From: Pseudomonadota bacterium | GTDB lineage: Bacteria; Pseudomonadota; Alphaproteobacteria; UBA11222 | Assembly (NCBI GenBank): GCA_049325255.1 | Contig: JBMOMW010000026.1 | Location: 7,646 to 71,645 of the forward strand | Length of the DNA: 64,000 nt | Reading direction: 5' to 3' | Part shown: piece by piece, positions 14,091 to 25,999 of the stretch | How the letters are laid out: every line of letters begins with the position of its first letter | Position numbering within the stretch: position 1 is the first letter of the stretch | Notes under the pieces: generated by a model | What the model was told of the DNA's origin: nothing | Seen by the model: the letters and a program-made list of their open reading frames with translations, nothing else | Database searches by the model: none | Made by a program: the position numbers and the translations under genes

Positions 14091-14193
14091 TCAGAATGAT
14101 CGCGTGATGTTCCATGATGACCATGGTTGAAATTGTAATTTTAAGTCCGGGCGGATTTATCCCGGAGGTAACTTTGATGAATGGTATCCGGCA

Positions 14194-14562
14194 ATGATCC
14201 AGATGCAATCCAGGCTAGATGTAGCCGATAATTCAGGTGCGCGTGAAGTGATGTGCATCAAGGTCTTGGGCGGCTCCAAACGCCGTTATGCGACCGTTGG
14301 CGACGTTATCGTTGTCAGCGTCAAGGAGGCTATTCCGCGCGGCAAGGTAAAGGCGGGCGATGTGTTGAAAGCGGTAATTGTGCGCACTGCGAAAGCAATC
14401 GCGCGCCCCGATGGCAGCGCTATCCGGTTTGATCGCAATGCGGCTGTGCTGATCAACAATCAGGGCGAACCGATTGGCACACGTATCTTTGGCCCGGTTG
14501 TGCGTGAACTGCGTGCGAAGAACCATATGAAGATTATTTCGCTTGCGCCGGAGGTGCTGTGA
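14194..14562 (+). CDS. rplN: 50S ribosomal protein L14
   Basis: 122-aa [20 protein letters not shown].., canonical L14. A 103-bp gap from rpsQ marks the S10/spc operon boundary. Confidence 0.95.
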   Translation: MIQMQSRLDVADNSGAREVMCIKVLGGSKRRYATVGDVIVVSVKEAIPRGKVKAGDVLKAVIVRTAKAIARPDGSAIRFDRNAAVLINNQGEPIGTRIFGPVVRELRAKNHMKIISLAPEVL

Positions 14563-14885
14563 TGGCCGCGAAATTCAAGATCAAAAAAGGTGACAAGGTT
14601 GTGGTTCTTGCGGGCCGCGACAAAGGAAAAAAGGGCGAAGTCGTCAAAATGTTTTTGACCGAAAACCGTGCGCTCGTTTCCGGCGTCAATCAGGTGAAGC
14701 GGCACACGAAGCAGAGTCAGACTTCTGCGGGCGGTATTCTGGTCAAGGAATTGCCGATCCAGATTTCAAATCTGGCCCATGTGGATCCGAAAACAGGTGG
14801 GCCAACACGGGTTGGTTATAAAATTCTTGATGATGGACGCAAGGTGCGTTTTGCCAAGCGTTCGGGAGAAGTGATAGATGTCTGA
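14559..14885 (+). CDS. rplX: 50S ribosomal protein L24
   Basis: 108-aa ORF with [20 protein letters not shown] (KOW motif). ATGA overlap with rplN. Confidence 0.93.
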   Translation: MMAAKFKIKKGDKVVVLAGRDKGKKGEVVKMFLTENRALVSGVNQVKRHTKQSQTSAGGILVKELPIQISNLAHVDPKTGGPTRVGYKILDDGRKVRFAKRSGEVIDV

Positions 14886-15432
14886 GGCAGCCTACACGCC
14901 ACGGCTAAAGACACATTATGATTCGGTCGTCCGGGCCGGCATGGTGAAAGATTTTGGCTATAAGAATGTGATGCAAGTACCCCGCCTGGAAAAGGTGGTG
15001 CTGAATATGGGCGTCGGCAAGGCGACCCAGGATTCAAAAAAGATCAACATCGCACTTGAAGAGCTGACGCTGATCGCCGGGCAAAAGGCCGTGGTGACGC
15101 GCGCCAAAAAATCCATTGCGGCGTTCAAGCTGCGTGAAGGCATGCCGATTGGCGTCAAGGTTACGCTTCGCCAGGCGCGCATGTATGAATTTGTTGACAG
15201 GCTGATTAATGTGGCGCTGCCGCGCGTTCGCGACTTTCGCGGGCTCAACGCAAAAAGTTTTGATGGCCGCGGCAATTTTTCCATGGGCCTGAAAGAACAT
15301 ATCGTTTTCCCGGAAATCGACTATGACAAGGTCGATACTTTCTGGGGCCTTGATGTGGTGGTTTGCACCACGGCAAGGACCGACGATGAAGCGCGGGCCT
15401 TGTTAAAGCTTTTTAATTTTCCTCTGACATGA
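14878..15432 (+). CDS. rplE: 50S ribosomal protein L5
   Basis: 184-aa ORF. Operon position. Confidence 0.93.
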   Translation: MSEAAYTPRLKTHYDSVVRAGMVKDFGYKNVMQVPRLEKVVLNMGVGKATQDSKKINIALEELTLIAGQKAVVTRAKKSIAAFKLREGMPIGVKVTLRQARMYEFVDRLINVALPRVRDFRGLNAKSFDGRGNFSMGLKEHIVFPEIDYDKVDTFWGLDVVVCTTARTDDEARALLKLFNFPLT

Positions 15433-15465
15433 GCAGCGGCGAAAACGTGACGAAGGGCAATATGA

Positions 15466-15771
15466 ATGGCTAAGAAAAGCGCCATATACCGGAACAAGAA
15501 GCGGGAAAGCATGGTTAAAAGCTATGCGGCCAAGCGCGCGCGCCTCAAGGCGGTGACGATGGATCAGGCGTTACAGCCGGAAGAACGTTTTGCCGCAAGT
15601 CTCAAGCTTGCGGAACTTCCGCGTAACTCTGCGAAAGTCCGTGTACATAACCGCTGCGAAATCAGCGGCCGTCCCAAAGCATATTACCGCAAGCTGCGCA
15701 TGTCGCGTATCGCATTGCGTGACATGGCCTCTTCCGGGCAGATTCCCGGAATGGTCAAGTCGAGCTGGTAA
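15466..15771 (+). CDS. rpsN: 30S ribosomal protein S14 (long, non-zinc-ribbon type)
   Basis: 101-aa [16 protein letters not shown]... No CxxC pairs. Confidence 0.9.
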   Translation: MAKKSAIYRNKKRESMVKSYAAKRARLKAVTMDQALQPEERFAASLKLAELPRNSAKVRVHNRCEISGRPKAYYRKLRMSRIALRDMASSGQIPGMVKSSW

Positions 15772-15783
15772 GGAGCATCATTT

Positions 15784-16182
15784 ATGACGATGACGGATCC
15801 ACTGGCGGACATGTTGTCCCGCATACGCAACGCACAAATGCGGGGTAAGGCGAAAGTAGTTACGCCTGAATCCAATTTGCGCCGCCGCGTGCTGGATGTC
15901 CTGCAGGATGAAGGCTATATTCGCGGTTACACGCGGGTTGAATATCCAGGCGGTAAAAGCGAGTTGGAGATTGAGCTCAAATACGATAATGGCCAGCCGG
16001 TCATTCGGGAAATATCGCGCATCTCGCGCCCTGGCCGCCGGGTTTATTCCTCGGTCAGTGAAATTCCCCGGGTTCGTAATGGCCTCGGTCTGGCTATTTT
16101 ATCAACGCCGCAAGGTGTGATTTCAGACGCCCAGGCGCGCGAACGCAATATTGGCGGCGAAGTTTTGTGCAAGGTGTTCTAG
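15784..16182 (+). CDS. rpsH: 30S ribosomal protein S8
   Basis: 132-aa ORF with [14 protein letters not shown] motif. Confidence 0.95.
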   Translation: MTMTDPLADMLSRIRNAQMRGKAKVVTPESNLRRRVLDVLQDEGYIRGYTRVEYPGGKSELEIELKYDNGQPVIREISRISRPGRRVYSSVSEIPRVRNGLGLAILSTPQGVISDAQARERNIGGEVLCKVF

Positions 16183-16244
16183 CCCGTAATCATTTCAGAT
16201 TGTGTGCTGGTTTTTAAAAGAATGACAGGAATCGGACTAAGAAG

Positions 16245-16778
16245 ATGTCTCGAATAGGTAAAAACCCGGTCGCTGTACCCAAAGGGGTCACGGTTGACAT
16301 TAAAGGGCAGGATATCACGGTTAGCGGACCCAAGGGGAAGCTGGCGATAACCATGGTCGATGAAATTGCCATCTCACAGGAAGGCGATAGCATCAAGGTC
16401 ATGCCCCGTAATGACAACCGGCAGGGCCGCACCATGTGGGGTATGCAGCGCACATTGGTAAGCAATATGGTCGCTGGTGTGACCACGGGCTTCACCACCA
16501 AACTGGAAATCAATGGCGTCGGTTATCGCGCAGCAGTGCAGGGCAAAAATCTGCAATTGCAGATGGGCTATAGCCACGATGTGATTTACCCAATTCCTGC
16601 TGACGTGCAGATTGCCTGCGAAAAGCCAACGGCGATTGCTGTCACCGGTATCGACAAACAGCGTGTGGGACAGGTTGCGGCTGAAATCCGCCGTTACCGT
16701 CCGCCAGAACCCTATAAGGGCAAAGGCATTCGCTACGAAAATGAATTCATCTTCCGTAAGGAAGGCAAGAAGAAGTAG
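16245..16778 (+). CDS. rplF: 50S ribosomal protein L6
   Basis: 177-aa [18 protein letters not shown]... Confidence 0.95.
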   Translation: MSRIGKNPVAVPKGVTVDIKGQDITVSGPKGKLAITMVDEIAISQEGDSIKVMPRNDNRQGRTMWGMQRTLVSNMVAGVTTGFTTKLEINGVGYRAAVQGKNLQLQMGYSHDVIYPIPADVQIACEKPTAIAVTGIDKQRVGQVAAEIRRYRPPEPYKGKGIRYENEFIFRKEGKKK

Positions 16779-16792
16779 ACGGAGCGGCGGTT

Positions 16793-17155
16793 ATGAAAAA
16801 TCTGAAGAAATTAGGCGAGCGCCGTCAAAAGCGAGTGCGCAGCAAGTTACGGATCGTCGGCAACGGCAAGCCACGGCTTTCGGTATTCCGTTCTTCGAAG
16901 AATATCTATGCGCAGGTTATTGATGATGTGGCGGGACGCACGCTTGTTTCGGCATGTAGTCTGGACAAGGATTTGCGCGAAAAGGCAAAGACTGGCGCGG
17001 ATTGCGCGGCGGCGGCGGCGGTTGGCAAGCTGGTTGCTGAACGGGCAAAAGCGGCGGGTATTGCCAAAGTGGTTTTTGATCGTGGTGGCTATCTGTATCA
17101 CGGTCGGGTTAAGGCGCTGGCAGACGGCGCCCGCGAGGGCGGATTGGAGTTTTAA
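16793..17155 (+). CDS. rplR: 50S ribosomal protein L18
   Basis: 120-aa ORF. Operon position. Confidence 0.9.
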   Translation: MKNLKKLGERRQKRVRSKLRIVGNGKPRLSVFRSSKNIYAQVIDDVAGRTLVSACSLDKDLREKAKTGADCAAAAAVGKLVAERAKAAGIAKVVFDRGGYLYHGRVKALADGAREGGLEF

Positions 17156-17219
17156 GGCATTCATTTGCTGAAAAACACTCTGGAAAACACTCTGAAAAAC
17201 ACTAGGGAGTTGCCACAAC

Positions 17220-17783
17220 ATGGCACGTAATGACGGTTTTGAACGCGAGCGTGAACGCGGCGACGGTGATCTGGTTGATAAGCTGGTGCATATCAATCGC
17301 GTCGCCAAAGTGGTGAAAGGCGGCCGCAGGTTCGGGTTCGCTGCGCTGGTAGTTATTGGCGATCAGAAGGGCCGGGTTGGCTTTGGTCATGGCAAGGCGC
17401 GTGAAGTGCCGGAAGCCATCCGCAAGGCAACCGAGTCCGGCAAGCGTAACATGATCCGTGTGCCGCTTCGCGAAGGCCGCACATTGCACCACGACATGGA
17501 AGGCCGTCACGGCGCAGGTAAAGTGGTAATGCGCTCGGCAACGCCAGGAACCGGGATTATTGCCGGTGGTCCGATGCGCGCGGTGTTTGAAACGCTGGGT
17601 CTTCAGGATGTGGTGGCCAAATCTGTTGGCTCCAGCAATCCATATAACATGGTGCGCGCCACGATCGACGGTTTGAAAAAGCAGGTTTCGCCCCGCATGG
17701 TTGCGTCCAGGCGCGGCAAAAAGATTGGTGATATTGCGCAGCGTCGCAGCGTCGCTGCCGACGACATTTCGGGTCAGGAGTAG
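17220..17783 (+). CDS. rpsE: 30S ribosomal protein S5
   Basis: 187-aa ORF with VVKGGRRF motif. Confidence 0.95.
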   Translation: MARNDGFERERERGDGDLVDKLVHINRVAKVVKGGRRFGFAALVVIGDQKGRVGFGHGKAREVPEAIRKATESGKRNMIRVPLREGRTLHHDMEGRHGAGKVVMRSATPGTGIIAGGPMRAVFETLGLQDVVAKSVGSSNPYNMVRATIDGLKKQVSPRMVASRRGKKIGDIAQRRSVAADDISGQE

Positions 17784-17789
17784 GGCATT

Positions 17790-17999
17790 ATGGCGGACAA
17801 GAGTAAACCTGCCGGGAGCATGAAAGGCAAGACGGTTACGATTGAACAGATCGGCAGCCCCATTCGCCGCCCTGCGGATCAGCGCGCAACGCTTATCGGC
17901 CTGGGGTTGAACAAAATGCACCGTGTACGGACGTTAGAGGATACGCCTTCCGTGCGCGGCATGATTGCCAAGGTTGCGCATCTGGTGCGTGTGCAATAG
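17790..17999 (+). CDS. rpmD: 50S ribosomal protein L30
   Basis: 69-aa ORF. Operon position after S5. Confidence 0.88.
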   Translation: MADKSKPAGSMKGKTVTIEQIGSPIRRPADQRATLIGLGLNKMHRVRTLEDTPSVRGMIAKVAHLVRVQ

Positions 18000-18095
18000 G
18001 CAGCGTCAAAGAGTAATTTCAAACTTGATCCGCTGCGCGACAGTAGCGGGCCGGTAATTGAAAACCGGTTACAAGCCTAATATGGGATAGCGGTT

Positions 18096-18554
18096 ATGAA
18101 GCTGAATGAATTGCGTGATAATCCGGGCGCCCGGAAAAAAAGCAAGCGCCTTGGCCGTGGTATCGGTTCCGGTCTCGGCAAGACGGCCGGGCGTGGCGTG
18201 AAAGGCCAGAGGGCGCGTTCGGGTGTGGCGATCAAAGGCTTTGAAGGCGGGCAGATGCCGGTGCATATGCGCTTGCCGAAGCGTGGCTTTAACAGTATGG
18301 CGCCGCGCGATTTCGTCGAAGTGAATCTTGGCCGTCTTCAGGCGGCAATTGACGCAGGCAAGCTGGATGCCAGCAAGCCTGTTGACGCAGTGGCGTTACA
18401 GTCGGCAGGTCTGGTCCGCCGTATTCGTGGCGGCGTACGCCTGCTGGGCAATGGCGAACTCAAGTCAAAGCTGACAATCGAAGTGGTCGGCGCGACCAAA
18501 GCCGCGATTGCGGCGGTAGAAAAATTGGGCGGCACCGTTACGGTTGCTGCTTAA
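18096..18554 (+). CDS. rplO: 50S ribosomal protein L15
   Basis: 152-aa ORF with Gly/Arg-rich N-terminus typical of L15. Confidence 0.92.
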   Translation: MKLNELRDNPGARKKSKRLGRGIGSGLGKTAGRGVKGQRARSGVAIKGFEGGQMPVHMRLPKRGFNSMAPRDFVEVNLGRLQAAIDAGKLDASKPVDAVALQSAGLVRRIRGGVRLLGNGELKSKLTIEVVGATKAAIAAVEKLGGTVTVAA

Positions 18555-18632
18555 AAAAAACTGACCGGTTCGGGTGCAGGGGTTTCAAGTTTCTGTCACC
18601 CGGATTCTTCAAAAACGCTTTTGGAATATTGA

Positions 18633-19964
18633 ATGGCCTCCGCTGCCGAACAATTAGCCGCCAATCTTAACTTTGCCGCCTTCGGCAAGGCGGAGGAGCT
18701 GAAAAAGCGCCTGTGGTTCACCCTGGGCGCTCTCATAATATACCGGCTCGGCACCTATATTCCGCTTCCGGGCATCAATCCGCTGGCGCTGGCGGAAATT
18801 ATTTCGCGCAATCAAAGCGGCATTCTCGGCCTGTTCAATGTGTTCTCTGGCGGCGCTGTTGGCCGCATGGCGATTTTTGCGCTGAACATCATGCCCTATA
18901 TTTCGGCCAGCATCATCATTCAGCTGATGACGTCTGTTTCAACGCGGCTGGAAGCACTGAAAAAAGAAGGCGAGCAGGGCCGCAAGAAAATTACCCAATA
19001 CACACGATATGGCACGGTGCTCCTGGCCACATTACAGGCTTACGGCATCGCTTCGGGTCTTGAGGGCGCGGGCAATGTGGTGATTGAAGCGGGCATTTTC
19101 TTCCGGATAAGCACCGTCATCACGCTGGTTGGCGGCACGGTGTTTCTAATGTGGCTGGGTGAACAGATTACGGCGCGCGGTGTGGGCAATGGCATTTCGC
19201 TGATCATCTTTGCAGGTATTGTGGCAGAACTGCCAAGAGCGCTCGTCAGCACGTTTGAGCTGGGCCGCACCGGTGCGCTGCCGACGATTTTCCTGTTGTT
19301 GCTGGTTGTTATGATTGGCGGCGTCATTGGCGCCATCGTGTTTATGGAACGCGCGCAACGCCGTCTTCTGGTGCAATATCCCAAACGCCAGGTTGGCCGC
19401 AAAATGACGGGTGGCGAATCATCGCATCTGCCGTTGAAACTGAACGTTTCCGGCGTAATTCCGCCGATTTTTGCATCCTCCATTCTGCTGCTGCCGATTA
19501 CGGTTGCAAACTTTTCTGCCGGCAAGGGGCCGGAATGGCTGACGACGGTCACCAGCCTGTTGGGGCATGGACAGCCGCTATACATGCTGTTCTATGCGGC
19601 GGGCATTATCTTTTTCTGTTTCTTCTACACGTCCATTATTTTCAATCCGGAAGACACGGCGGAAAATCTGCGTAAAAACGGCGGCTTCATTCCAGGCATC
19701 CGTCCCGGCGCCAAAACAGCGGAATATATTAATTACATATTGACCCGTTTGACAGTTGTTGGCGCGCTGTATCTGACAGCGGTCTGTTTGCTTCCTGAAA
19801 TTCTGGTCGCACAATATTCCGTGCCGTTTTATTTTGGCGGCACGTCTTTGTTGATTGTTGTCAGCGTGACGATGGATACGGTGGCGCAAATCCAGAGCCA
19901 CTTGCTCGCGCATCAATATGAAGGGCTGATCAAGAAAAGCCGGCTGAAGGGGCGCAACAAATGA
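18633..19964 (+). CDS. secY: preprotein translocase subunit SecY
   Basis: 443-aa polytopic membrane protein. Position after rplO. Confidence 0.95.
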   Translation: MASAAEQLAANLNFAAFGKAEELKKRLWFTLGALIIYRLGTYIPLPGINPLALAEIISRNQSGILGLFNVFSGGAVGRMAIFALNIMPYISASIIIQLMTSVSTRLEALKKEGEQGRKKITQYTRYGTVLLATLQAYGIASGLEGAGNVVIEAGIFFRISTVITLVGGTVFLMWLGEQITARGVGNGISLIIFAGIVAELPRALVSTFELGRTGALPTIFLLLLVVMIGGVIGAIVFMERAQRRLLVQYPKRQVGRKMTGGESSHLPLKLNVSGVIPPIFASSILLLPITVANFSAGKGPEWLTTVTSLLGHGQPLYMLFYAAGIIFFCFFYTSIIFNPEDTAENLRKNGGFIPGIRPGAKTAEYINYILTRLTVVGALYLTAVCLLPEILVAQYSVPFYFGGTSLLIVVSVTMDTVAQIQSHLLAHQYEGLIKKSRLKGRNK

Positions 19965-20548
19965 ATTTGATTCTGTTGGGCGCCCCTGGCGCAGGCAAAG
20001 GCACCCAGGCCGAACGCCTGCAGGCTGAACGCGGCCTTGTGCAGCTTTCCACTGGCGACATGCTGCGCGCGGCTGTAGCGGCGGGAACCGAGACGGGCCG
20101 CAAGGCAAAAGAAATCATGGACCGGGGCGATCTGGTGTCAGATGCCGTAGTGGTTGGAATTATCTCTGATCGTATCGATCAGCCGGATTGCCGCAAGGGC
20201 TTTATCCTGGACGGTTTCCCCCGCAACGAGGCGCAGGCCCAGGCGCTGGACAAGATGCTGGTCCAAAAGGGGCAGAAGCTGGACCTGGTGATCGAGGTAA
20301 AGGTCGACGAACAGATCCTGTTTGACCGTATTCGTAACCGGGCCGCCGAATCAGCTGCCGCCAGCGGGTCTGTCCGGGCCGATGATAATGAGGAGACCCT
20401 GCGCAACCGGCTGGGCGTTTACCATGCCCAAACGGCCCCTTTGCTGCCCTATTACAGGGCGCAGGGCAAATTACGCACCATTGACGGCATGCAGACGGTG
20501 GAAAGCGTCGCAAAACAGATAGCGGCCCTTCTGGATGGGGTGAAATGA
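19961..20548 (+). CDS. adk: adenylate kinase (short-LID type, no Cys4 zinc motif)
   Basis: 195-aa ORF with P-loop GAPGAGKGT. ATGA overlap with secY. Confidence 0.93.
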   Translation: MNLILLGAPGAGKGTQAERLQAERGLVQLSTGDMLRAAVAAGTETGRKAKEIMDRGDLVSDAVVVGIISDRIDQPDCRKGFILDGFPRNEAQAQALDKMLVQKGQKLDLVIEVKVDEQILFDRIRNRAAESAAASGSVRADDNEETLRNRLGVYHAQTAPLLPYYRAQGKLRTIDGMQTVESVAKQIAALLDGVK

Positions 20549-20571
20549 GATAGGTACGGATGAGGATTTAT

Positions 20572-20599
20572 TTGACGGGAGGACGGAAATACTTATAAT
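20572..20599 (+). promoter_or_regulatory. candidate sigma70-type promoter for the alpha operon (rpsM-rpsK-rpoA-rplQ): TTGACG, 16-bp spacer, TATAAT
   Basis: Consensus-like hexamers read in the 199-bp adk-rpsM gap. Confidence 0.45.
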
Positions 20600-20747
20600 C
20601 CGCCAACTTTGCTGGTCTTAGGATCTGGCCGCCCCAAATGGTCCTTTTTAACCGGTTGCCACCCAGCCTCCGGCCGTCTGTATTGGGGTATTTATAGGAC
20701 AATTCATGCCTGAAACGGGCAAGATTGCGTAATCAAGGAGACAGAAC

Positions 20748-21116
20748 GTGGCGCGTATCGCAGGTGTAAATATTCCAACCAACAAGCGGGTTGTGATCGC
20801 GCTTACCTATATTCATGGTATCGGCCGCACCAAGGCGCTCGAAATCTGTGAACGGGTCGGTATTCCAGCCGAGCGCCGGGTGTTTGATTTGTCGGAATCA
20901 GAAGTCATCAAGGTTCGCGAAACCATCGATCAGGACCATCTGGTTGAAGGCGATCTGCGCCGGTCAGTTGCGATGAACATAAAGCGGCTGATGGATCTTG
21001 GCTGTTATCGTGGTTTGCGCCATCGGCGTGGGTTGCCGGTGCGTGGTCAGCGTACGCATACCAATGCGCGCACACGTAAAGGCCCTGCGAAAGCGATTGC
21101 CGGCAAGAAGAAGTAA
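20748..21116 (+). CDS. rpsM: 30S ribosomal protein S13
   Basis: 122-aa [18 protein letters not shown]... Confidence 0.95.
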   Translation: MARIAGVNIPTNKRVVIALTYIHGIGRTKALEICERVGIPAERRVFDLSESEVIKVRETIDQDHLVEGDLRRSVAMNIKRLMDLGCYRGLRHRRGLPVRGQRTHTNARTRKGPAKAIAGKKK

Positions 21117-21217
21117 ATTTGAATTTATCCCCGCCGTAATTTTTGCGGCCGGTTATGCCTGGCAATTTTCGAATAGAAAACACGGCCAGGAAATGCACTG
21201 GAAAGGTTTGATACAGA

Positions 21218-21607
21218 ATGGCTAAGGAAGCGACGCGCATTCGCCGTAAGGAACGAAAAAACATCACTTCGGGTGTTGCGCATGTAAATGCCACCTTCAA
21301 CAACACTAAAATCACGATCAGCGACGCCCAGGGCAACGTGATCTCATGGTGTTCTGCAGGCGTGATGGGCTTCAAGGGATCGCGCAAATCGACCCCCTAT
21401 GCCGCGCAGGTGGCGGCGGAAAGCGCCGGTAAAAAAGCGCAGGAACATGGCATGCAGGTGCTTGAGGTTGAGGTCAAGGGCCCCGGCTCCGGCCGTGAAT
21501 CAGCGCTGCGTGCGTTGCAGGCGGTTGGTTTCACTGTCACGACCATTCGTGATGTGACGCCCATTCCGCACAATGGTTGCCGGCCGCCAAAGCGCCGCCG
21601 GGTTTAA
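21218..21607 (+). CDS. rpsK: 30S ribosomal protein S11
   Basis: 129-aa ORF. Position between S13 and rpoA. Confidence 0.93.
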   Translation: MAKEATRIRRKERKNITSGVAHVNATFNNTKITISDAQGNVISWCSAGVMGFKGSRKSTPYAAQVAAESAGKKAQEHGMQVLEVEVKGPGSGRESALRALQAVGFTVTTIRDVTPIPHNGCRPPKRRRV

Positions 21608-21727
21608 TAGTCTTATGCGGCTGAATTCGGTGCCGGCGTTTTTGCCCGATGCCGGTTTGGCCGGTAAATTTCACATAGGAGATGGCGCGATTAATGCGCT
21701 CATCGCTACAGGCATGAGGTCGCCAAC

Positions 21728-22744
21728 GTGATCGAAAAAAACTGGCAGGAACTGATTAAACCAAACCGGCTTGAGGTTGATCCGGGCCTGGATCCAAAGC
21801 GCAGGGCAACTGTCGTTGCCGTGCCGCTGGAACGCGGCTTTGGCGTAACGCTGGGCAACAGCCTGCGGCGCATTTTACTGTCGTCCCTGCAAGGCGCGGC
21901 GGTGACTGCGGTTCAGATTGATGGCGTGCTTCACGAATTTTCGTCCATCAGTGGCGTGCGCGAAGATGTCACCGACATTGTGCTCAATCTGAAGTCGCTT
22001 GCGCTGCGCATGCACTCTGAAGGCCCGCGCCGCATGATCCTGTCCGCAGAAGGGCCGGGCGAGGTGACAGCCGCGCAGATAACGCCGGTTTCGGACATTG
22101 ATATTCTGAACCCGGACCATGTCATCTGCACCCTGGGTCAGGGCGCAAAAATCCGGCTGGAGATGATCATCAATAATGGCAAGGGCTATGTGCCGGCCGA
22201 CCGTAACCGTCCCGAAGACGCGCCCATTGGCCTGATCGCCATTGACGCCCTGTACAGCCCGGTGCGCCGTGTGTCCTTCAAGGTAGAAAATACCCGCGAA
22301 GGCCAGGTGCTTGACTATGACAAGCTGAGCATGGATGTGGAAACCAATGGCGCCGTAACGCCCGAAGATGCGGTTGCCTATGCAGCGCGCATCCTTCAGG
22401 ACCAGCTACAGGTTTTCGTCAATTTCGACGAGCCTACACGCACACAAACCTTCGAAGAACGCCCGGAACTGGAATTCAATCCGGCGTTGCTGAAAAAGGT
22501 CGACGAGCTGGAATTGTCGGTGCGTTCGGCAAACTGCCTGAAGAACGACAATATCATCTATATCGGCGATCTGATTCAGAAGACCGAGGCAGAAATGCTG
22601 CGTACGCCAAATTTTGGGCGCAAGTCGCTGAACGAGATCAAGGAGCTATTGTCGCAAATGGGCCTGCACCTGGGCATGGAAGTGCTGAACTGGCCGCCAG
22701 ACAATATCGAAGAACTGGCAAAACGCCACGAAGACCAATATTGA
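21728..22744 (+). CDS. rpoA: DNA-directed RNA polymerase alpha subunit
   Basis: 338-aa ORF (GTG start). N-terminal domain and C-terminal domain ([11 protein letters not shown]) typical of RpoA. Confidence 0.95.
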   Translation: MIEKNWQELIKPNRLEVDPGLDPKRRATVVAVPLERGFGVTLGNSLRRILLSSLQGAAVTAVQIDGVLHEFSSISGVREDVTDIVLNLKSLALRMHSEGPRRMILSAEGPGEVTAAQITPVSDIDILNPDHVICTLGQGAKIRLEMIINNGKGYVPADRNRPEDAPIGLIAIDALYSPVRRVSFKVENTREGQVLDYDKLSMDVETNGAVTPEDAVAYAARILQDQLQVFVNFDEPTRTQTFEERPELEFNPALLKKVDELELSVRSANCLKNDNIIYIGDLIQKTEAEMLRTPNFGRKSLNEIKELLSQMGLHLGMEVLNWPPDNIEELAKRHEDQY

Positions 22745-22796
22745 ACAGTTGATACTTTCCGGACCGGACGGGTTCGGAGCATAAGGAGACACCATC

Positions 22797-23219
22797 ATGC
22801 GTCACGGAGTTGGCGGCCGCAAACTGAACCGCACGGCATCGCACCGCAAGGCAATGCTGGCGAACATGGCTTCGGCCCTGATCAAGCATGAGCAGATCAT
22901 CACCACTTTGCCAAAGGCCAAGGAATTGCGGCCCTATGTGGAAAAGCTGGTGACCCAGGGCAAAAAAGCCACCCTGCACGCGCGCCGTCAGGTTCTGGCG
23001 CAGTTGCCGGATTCTGATCAGACGCTGGTGGAAAAACTGTTCGGCACGCTTGCGCCGCGTTATGCAACGCGCCACGGTGGCTATACCCGCGTGATGCGCG
23101 CCGGTTTCCGCTATGGGGACAATGCGCCTTTGGCGGTGATCGAATTTGTTGATCGTGATGAAGATGCGCGCGGTCAGGATTCAGGCCCGGTCCACACGGA
23201 CGACGAGGATGCAGGCTAG
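22797..23219 (+). CDS. rplQ: 50S ribosomal protein L17
   Basis: 140-aa [20 protein letters not shown]... Confidence 0.95.
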   Translation: MRHGVGGRKLNRTASHRKAMLANMASALIKHEQIITTLPKAKELRPYVEKLVTQGKKATLHARRQVLAQLPDSDQTLVEKLFGTLAPRYATRHGGYTRVMRAGFRYGDNAPLAVIEFVDRDEDARGQDSGPVHTDDEDAG

Positions 23220-24669
23220 ATTTTTATTCCGGCCTGACCGGGCGTCTGAAAACATACGCATAGGGCTGGCCGTGTGGCTGGCCCTTTTTTTCCTGGTTTC
23301 ATTTTCGGGCGCCGCGCATGCGCAACAGCGTGATGTGCCCCAAAGCAGCAGTCAGATTCAGCTTTCCTTTGCCCCCGTGGTGCAAAAATCCGCCCCCGCT
23401 GTTACCAACATTTTCGCCAAACGGGTTGTGCGTACCGGGGCGGAACCGCCGCTGTTCAGCGACCCGATGATGCAGCGGTTCTTTGGCGAAAATTTCGGTG
23501 GCCAGTTCATGCCGCGCGAGCGCGTGCAGAATACGCTGGGCTCCGGTGTGCTGGTCCGCGCCGACGGCATTGTCGTTACCAACAACCATGTCATAGAAAA
23601 CACAACCGGCATTCGCGTCGTGCTTAGCGACCGGCGCGAATTTGACGCGAAAGTTCTGCTAAGTGATCCGCATACGGATCTTGCGGTATTGAAAATTGAT
23701 ACAGGTGGCGAAAAACTGCCTGTGCTGGAATTTGGCGATTCCGACGCGGCCCAGGTTGGCGACATTGTACTGGCGATCGGCAATCCTTTCGGTGTCGGCC
23801 AGACGGTAACCAGCGGTATTGTGTCGGCCACCGCGCGCACCCAGGGCGGCGTTTCGGATTATCAGTTTTTCATTCAGACCGATGCGGCCATCAATCCCGG
23901 CAATTCCGGCGGCGCGCTTGTGGGGGTCGATGGCAAGCTGATAGGCGTCAACACGGCAATCTTTTCGCGCAGTGGCGGCTCCATTGGCATCGGTTTTGCC
24001 ATTCCCTCCAACATGGTCAAACAGGTCGTGGAATCGGCATTTGCCGGTGGTGCGGTGGTGCGCCCCTGGCTTGGCGCGTCGGGGCAGGGGGTTACGCAGG
24101 ATATCAGTCAGGGGCTGGGCCTTGCGCGCCCCGCCGGCGTACTGATCAGCAATGTATATCCAGGCGGCCCGGCGGACCAGGCGGGCCTGACAGTGGGCGA
24201 TGTTATTCTCAAGGTGGATGGTCGCGAAATCGCCGATCCGGAAAGTTTGCGCTACCGTATTGCGACGGCAAAAGTTGGCGGCACGGTAAAAATTGAAATC
24301 TGGCGCAATGGCGCCCCCGCGACCTTACCGATGCAGCTAAAGTCCGCCCCGGAAATCCCGCCGCGCAATCTTGTCAAATTGAGCGGCAACCATCCGTTGA
24401 CGGGCATTACCATCGCCAATCTGTCGCCCGCCTATGCGGAGGAATTGGGGCTCAGTCCCGGCCTGACCGGTGTGATCATTACGGAAATGCCCCGGCGCAG
24501 TCCGGCGGTGCAGATTGGTTTGCAGCCAGGTGATATACTTCTGTCCATTGGTCAGGATAAGATACAGTTGACCAAAGACGTCGTGCGCCTGACCCGGACT
24601 GCGCGCAATGTGTGGGAAATACGCATCCGGCGCGGGGATGAGGTGCTATCAGTGCGCGTTGGCGCGTAA
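23209..24669 (+). CDS. periplasmic serine endoprotease, DegP/DegQ (HtrA) family, with two PDZ domains
   Basis: ORF 23146..24669. The first ATG preceding a signal-peptide-like segment ([23 protein letters not shown]) is at 23209. Trypsin-like catalytic motifs TNNHV and GNSGGAL, plus two PDZ-like segments. Overlaps the rplQ stop by 11 nt. Confidence 0.85.
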   Translation: MQARFLFRPDRASENIRIGLAVWLALFFLVSFSGAAHAQQRDVPQSSSQIQLSFAPVVQKSAPAVTNIFAKRVVRTGAEPPLFSDPMMQRFFGENFGGQFMPRERVQNTLGSGVLVRADGIVVTNNHVIENTTGIRVVLSDRREFDAKVLLSDPHTDLAVLKIDTGGEKLPVLEFGDSDAAQVGDIVLAIGNPFGVGQTVTSGIVSATARTQGGVSDYQFFIQTDAAINPGNSGGALVGVDGKLIGVNTAIFSRSGGSIGIGFAIPSNMVKQVVESAFAGGAVVRPWLGASGQGVTQDISQGLGLARPAGVLISNVYPGGPADQAGLTVGDVILKVDGREIADPESLRYRIATAKVGGTVKIEIWRNGAPATLPMQLKSAPEIPPRNLVKLSGNHPLTGITIANLSPAYAEELGLSPGLTGVIITEMPRRSPAVQIGLQPGDILLSIGQDKIQLTKDVVRLTRTARNVWEIRIRRGDEVLSVRVGA

Positions 24670-24679
24670 GGGAAAGATC

Positions 24680-25990
24680 GTGACAAGCCTGTTCGAGGCG
24701 GCTGGACTGGAAGGTGGCGCACCACGGCCATTGGCGGATCGCTTGCGCCCTGCGACACTGGACGAAGTTGTCGGCCAGGATCATCTAATTGGCCCGGGCG
24801 CGCCATTGCGGCGCATGGCCGATGCCGGCAAGCTGACATCGCTGATTTTGTGGGGGCCGCCGGGCACGGGAAAAACCACTATCGCGCGGCTGCTGACGGC
24901 GGGGTCGAACCTGCACTTTGAACAATTGTCGGCGGTATTTTCTGGCGTCGCGGATTTGCGCAAGGTATTTGATCAGGCCAAAATACGCCGGCGGGATGGT
25001 GTGGGAACACTGTTGTTCGTGGACGAAATTCATCGTTTCAACCGCGCACAGCAGGACGGTTTTCTGCCCTATGTCGAAGACGGGACTATTGTTCTAATTG
25101 GCGCCACTACTGAAAACCCGTCATTCGAGCTGAACGCGGCGCTTTTATCGCGTGCGCAGGTAATGGTGCTGCGGCGTCTGGATGACGATAATCTGGAAAT
25201 ATTGCTGTCACGCGCCGAAAGCGTCATGGGAAAACCATTGCCTTTGACGGCGGATGCACGCGCTACCTTGCGGGCCATGGCGGATGGGGATGGCCGCTTT
25301 GCGTTGAATCTGGCAGAGGAATTATATGCGCTGGATATAGCAACCCCGCTTGATCCGGCGCGGTTGGTGGAAACAGTACAGCGCCGCGCGCCTGTGTATG
25401 ACAAGGCGCAGGAAGGCCATTACAATTTAATCAGCGCACTGCATAAAACCTTGCGCGGTTCGGATACGGACGCCGCATTATATTATCTTGCGCGTATGCT
25501 GAGCGCGGGGGAAGACCCGCTCTATATTGCGCGGCGCATGGTGCGGTTCGCGGTTGAGGATATTGGCCTGGCCGATCCCAATGCGCTGGTGCAGGCGCTG
25601 GCGGCAAAAGACGCCTATGATTTTCTGGGCAGCCCCGAAGGCGAACTGGCGCTGGTGCAGGCGGTGATTTATCTGGGCACCGCGCCAAAATCCAATGCGG
25701 TGTATCGCGCGTCCAGGGCGGCAAATGTCGCGGCCAAAGAACAGGGTTCGCTCTCTCCCCCAAAACATATTCTCAATGCGCCGACAAAAATGATGCGTGA
25801 GCAAGGCTATGGCGCAGGCTATCAATATGATCACGACACGGCGGAGGGTTTTTCCGGGCAGAATTATTTCCCCGAAGAAATGCCGCGCCGCAAATTTTAT
25901 GTCCCAACCGAACGCGGCTTTGAGCGCGAGGTCATAAAACGGCTGGCTTATTGGGACGGGTTGCGCGAAAAGGCGGCGAAGGATGCATAG
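24680..25990 (+). CDS. rarA: replication-associated recombination protein A (AAA+ ATPase)
   Basis: ORF 24608..25990. Conserved N-terminal length (PLADRLRP about 20 aa in) fits the GTG at 24680. Walker A GPPGTGKTT and Walker B FVDEIHRF. Confidence 0.85.
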   Translation: MTSLFEAAGLEGGAPRPLADRLRPATLDEVVGQDHLIGPGAPLRRMADAGKLTSLILWGPPGTGKTTIARLLTAGSNLHFEQLSAVFSGVADLRKVFDQAKIRRRDGVGTLLFVDEIHRFNRAQQDGFLPYVEDGTIVLIGATTENPSFELNAALLSRAQVMVLRRLDDDNLEILLSRAESVMGKPLPLTADARATLRAMADGDGRFALNLAEELYALDIATPLDPARLVETVQRRAPVYDKAQEGHYNLISALHKTLRGSDTDAALYYLARMLSAGEDPLYIARRMVRFAVEDIGLADPNALVQALAAKDAYDFLGSPEGELALVQAVIYLGTAPKSNAVYRASRAANVAAKEQGSLSPPKHILNAPTKMMREQGYGAGYQYDHDTAEGFSGQNYFPEEMPRRKFYVPTERGFEREVIKRLAYWDGLREKAAKDA

Positions 25991-25999
25991 GGGCATGTC

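Noticed and set aside
14091-14193. Hairpin TCCGGGCGGATTTATCCCGGA in the rpsQ-rplN gap as a terminator of the S10 operon.
   Set aside because: No U-tract follows on the coding strand. It more likely belongs to the spc-operon leader or promoter region. Evidence is insufficient to call a feature.
25991-25999. Fluoride riboswitch upstream of crcB.
   Set aside because: Only 9 nt separate the rarA stop from the crcB start, which leaves no room for a ~60-nt aptamer. crcB appears translationally coupled within the rarA-crcB-rluC string.
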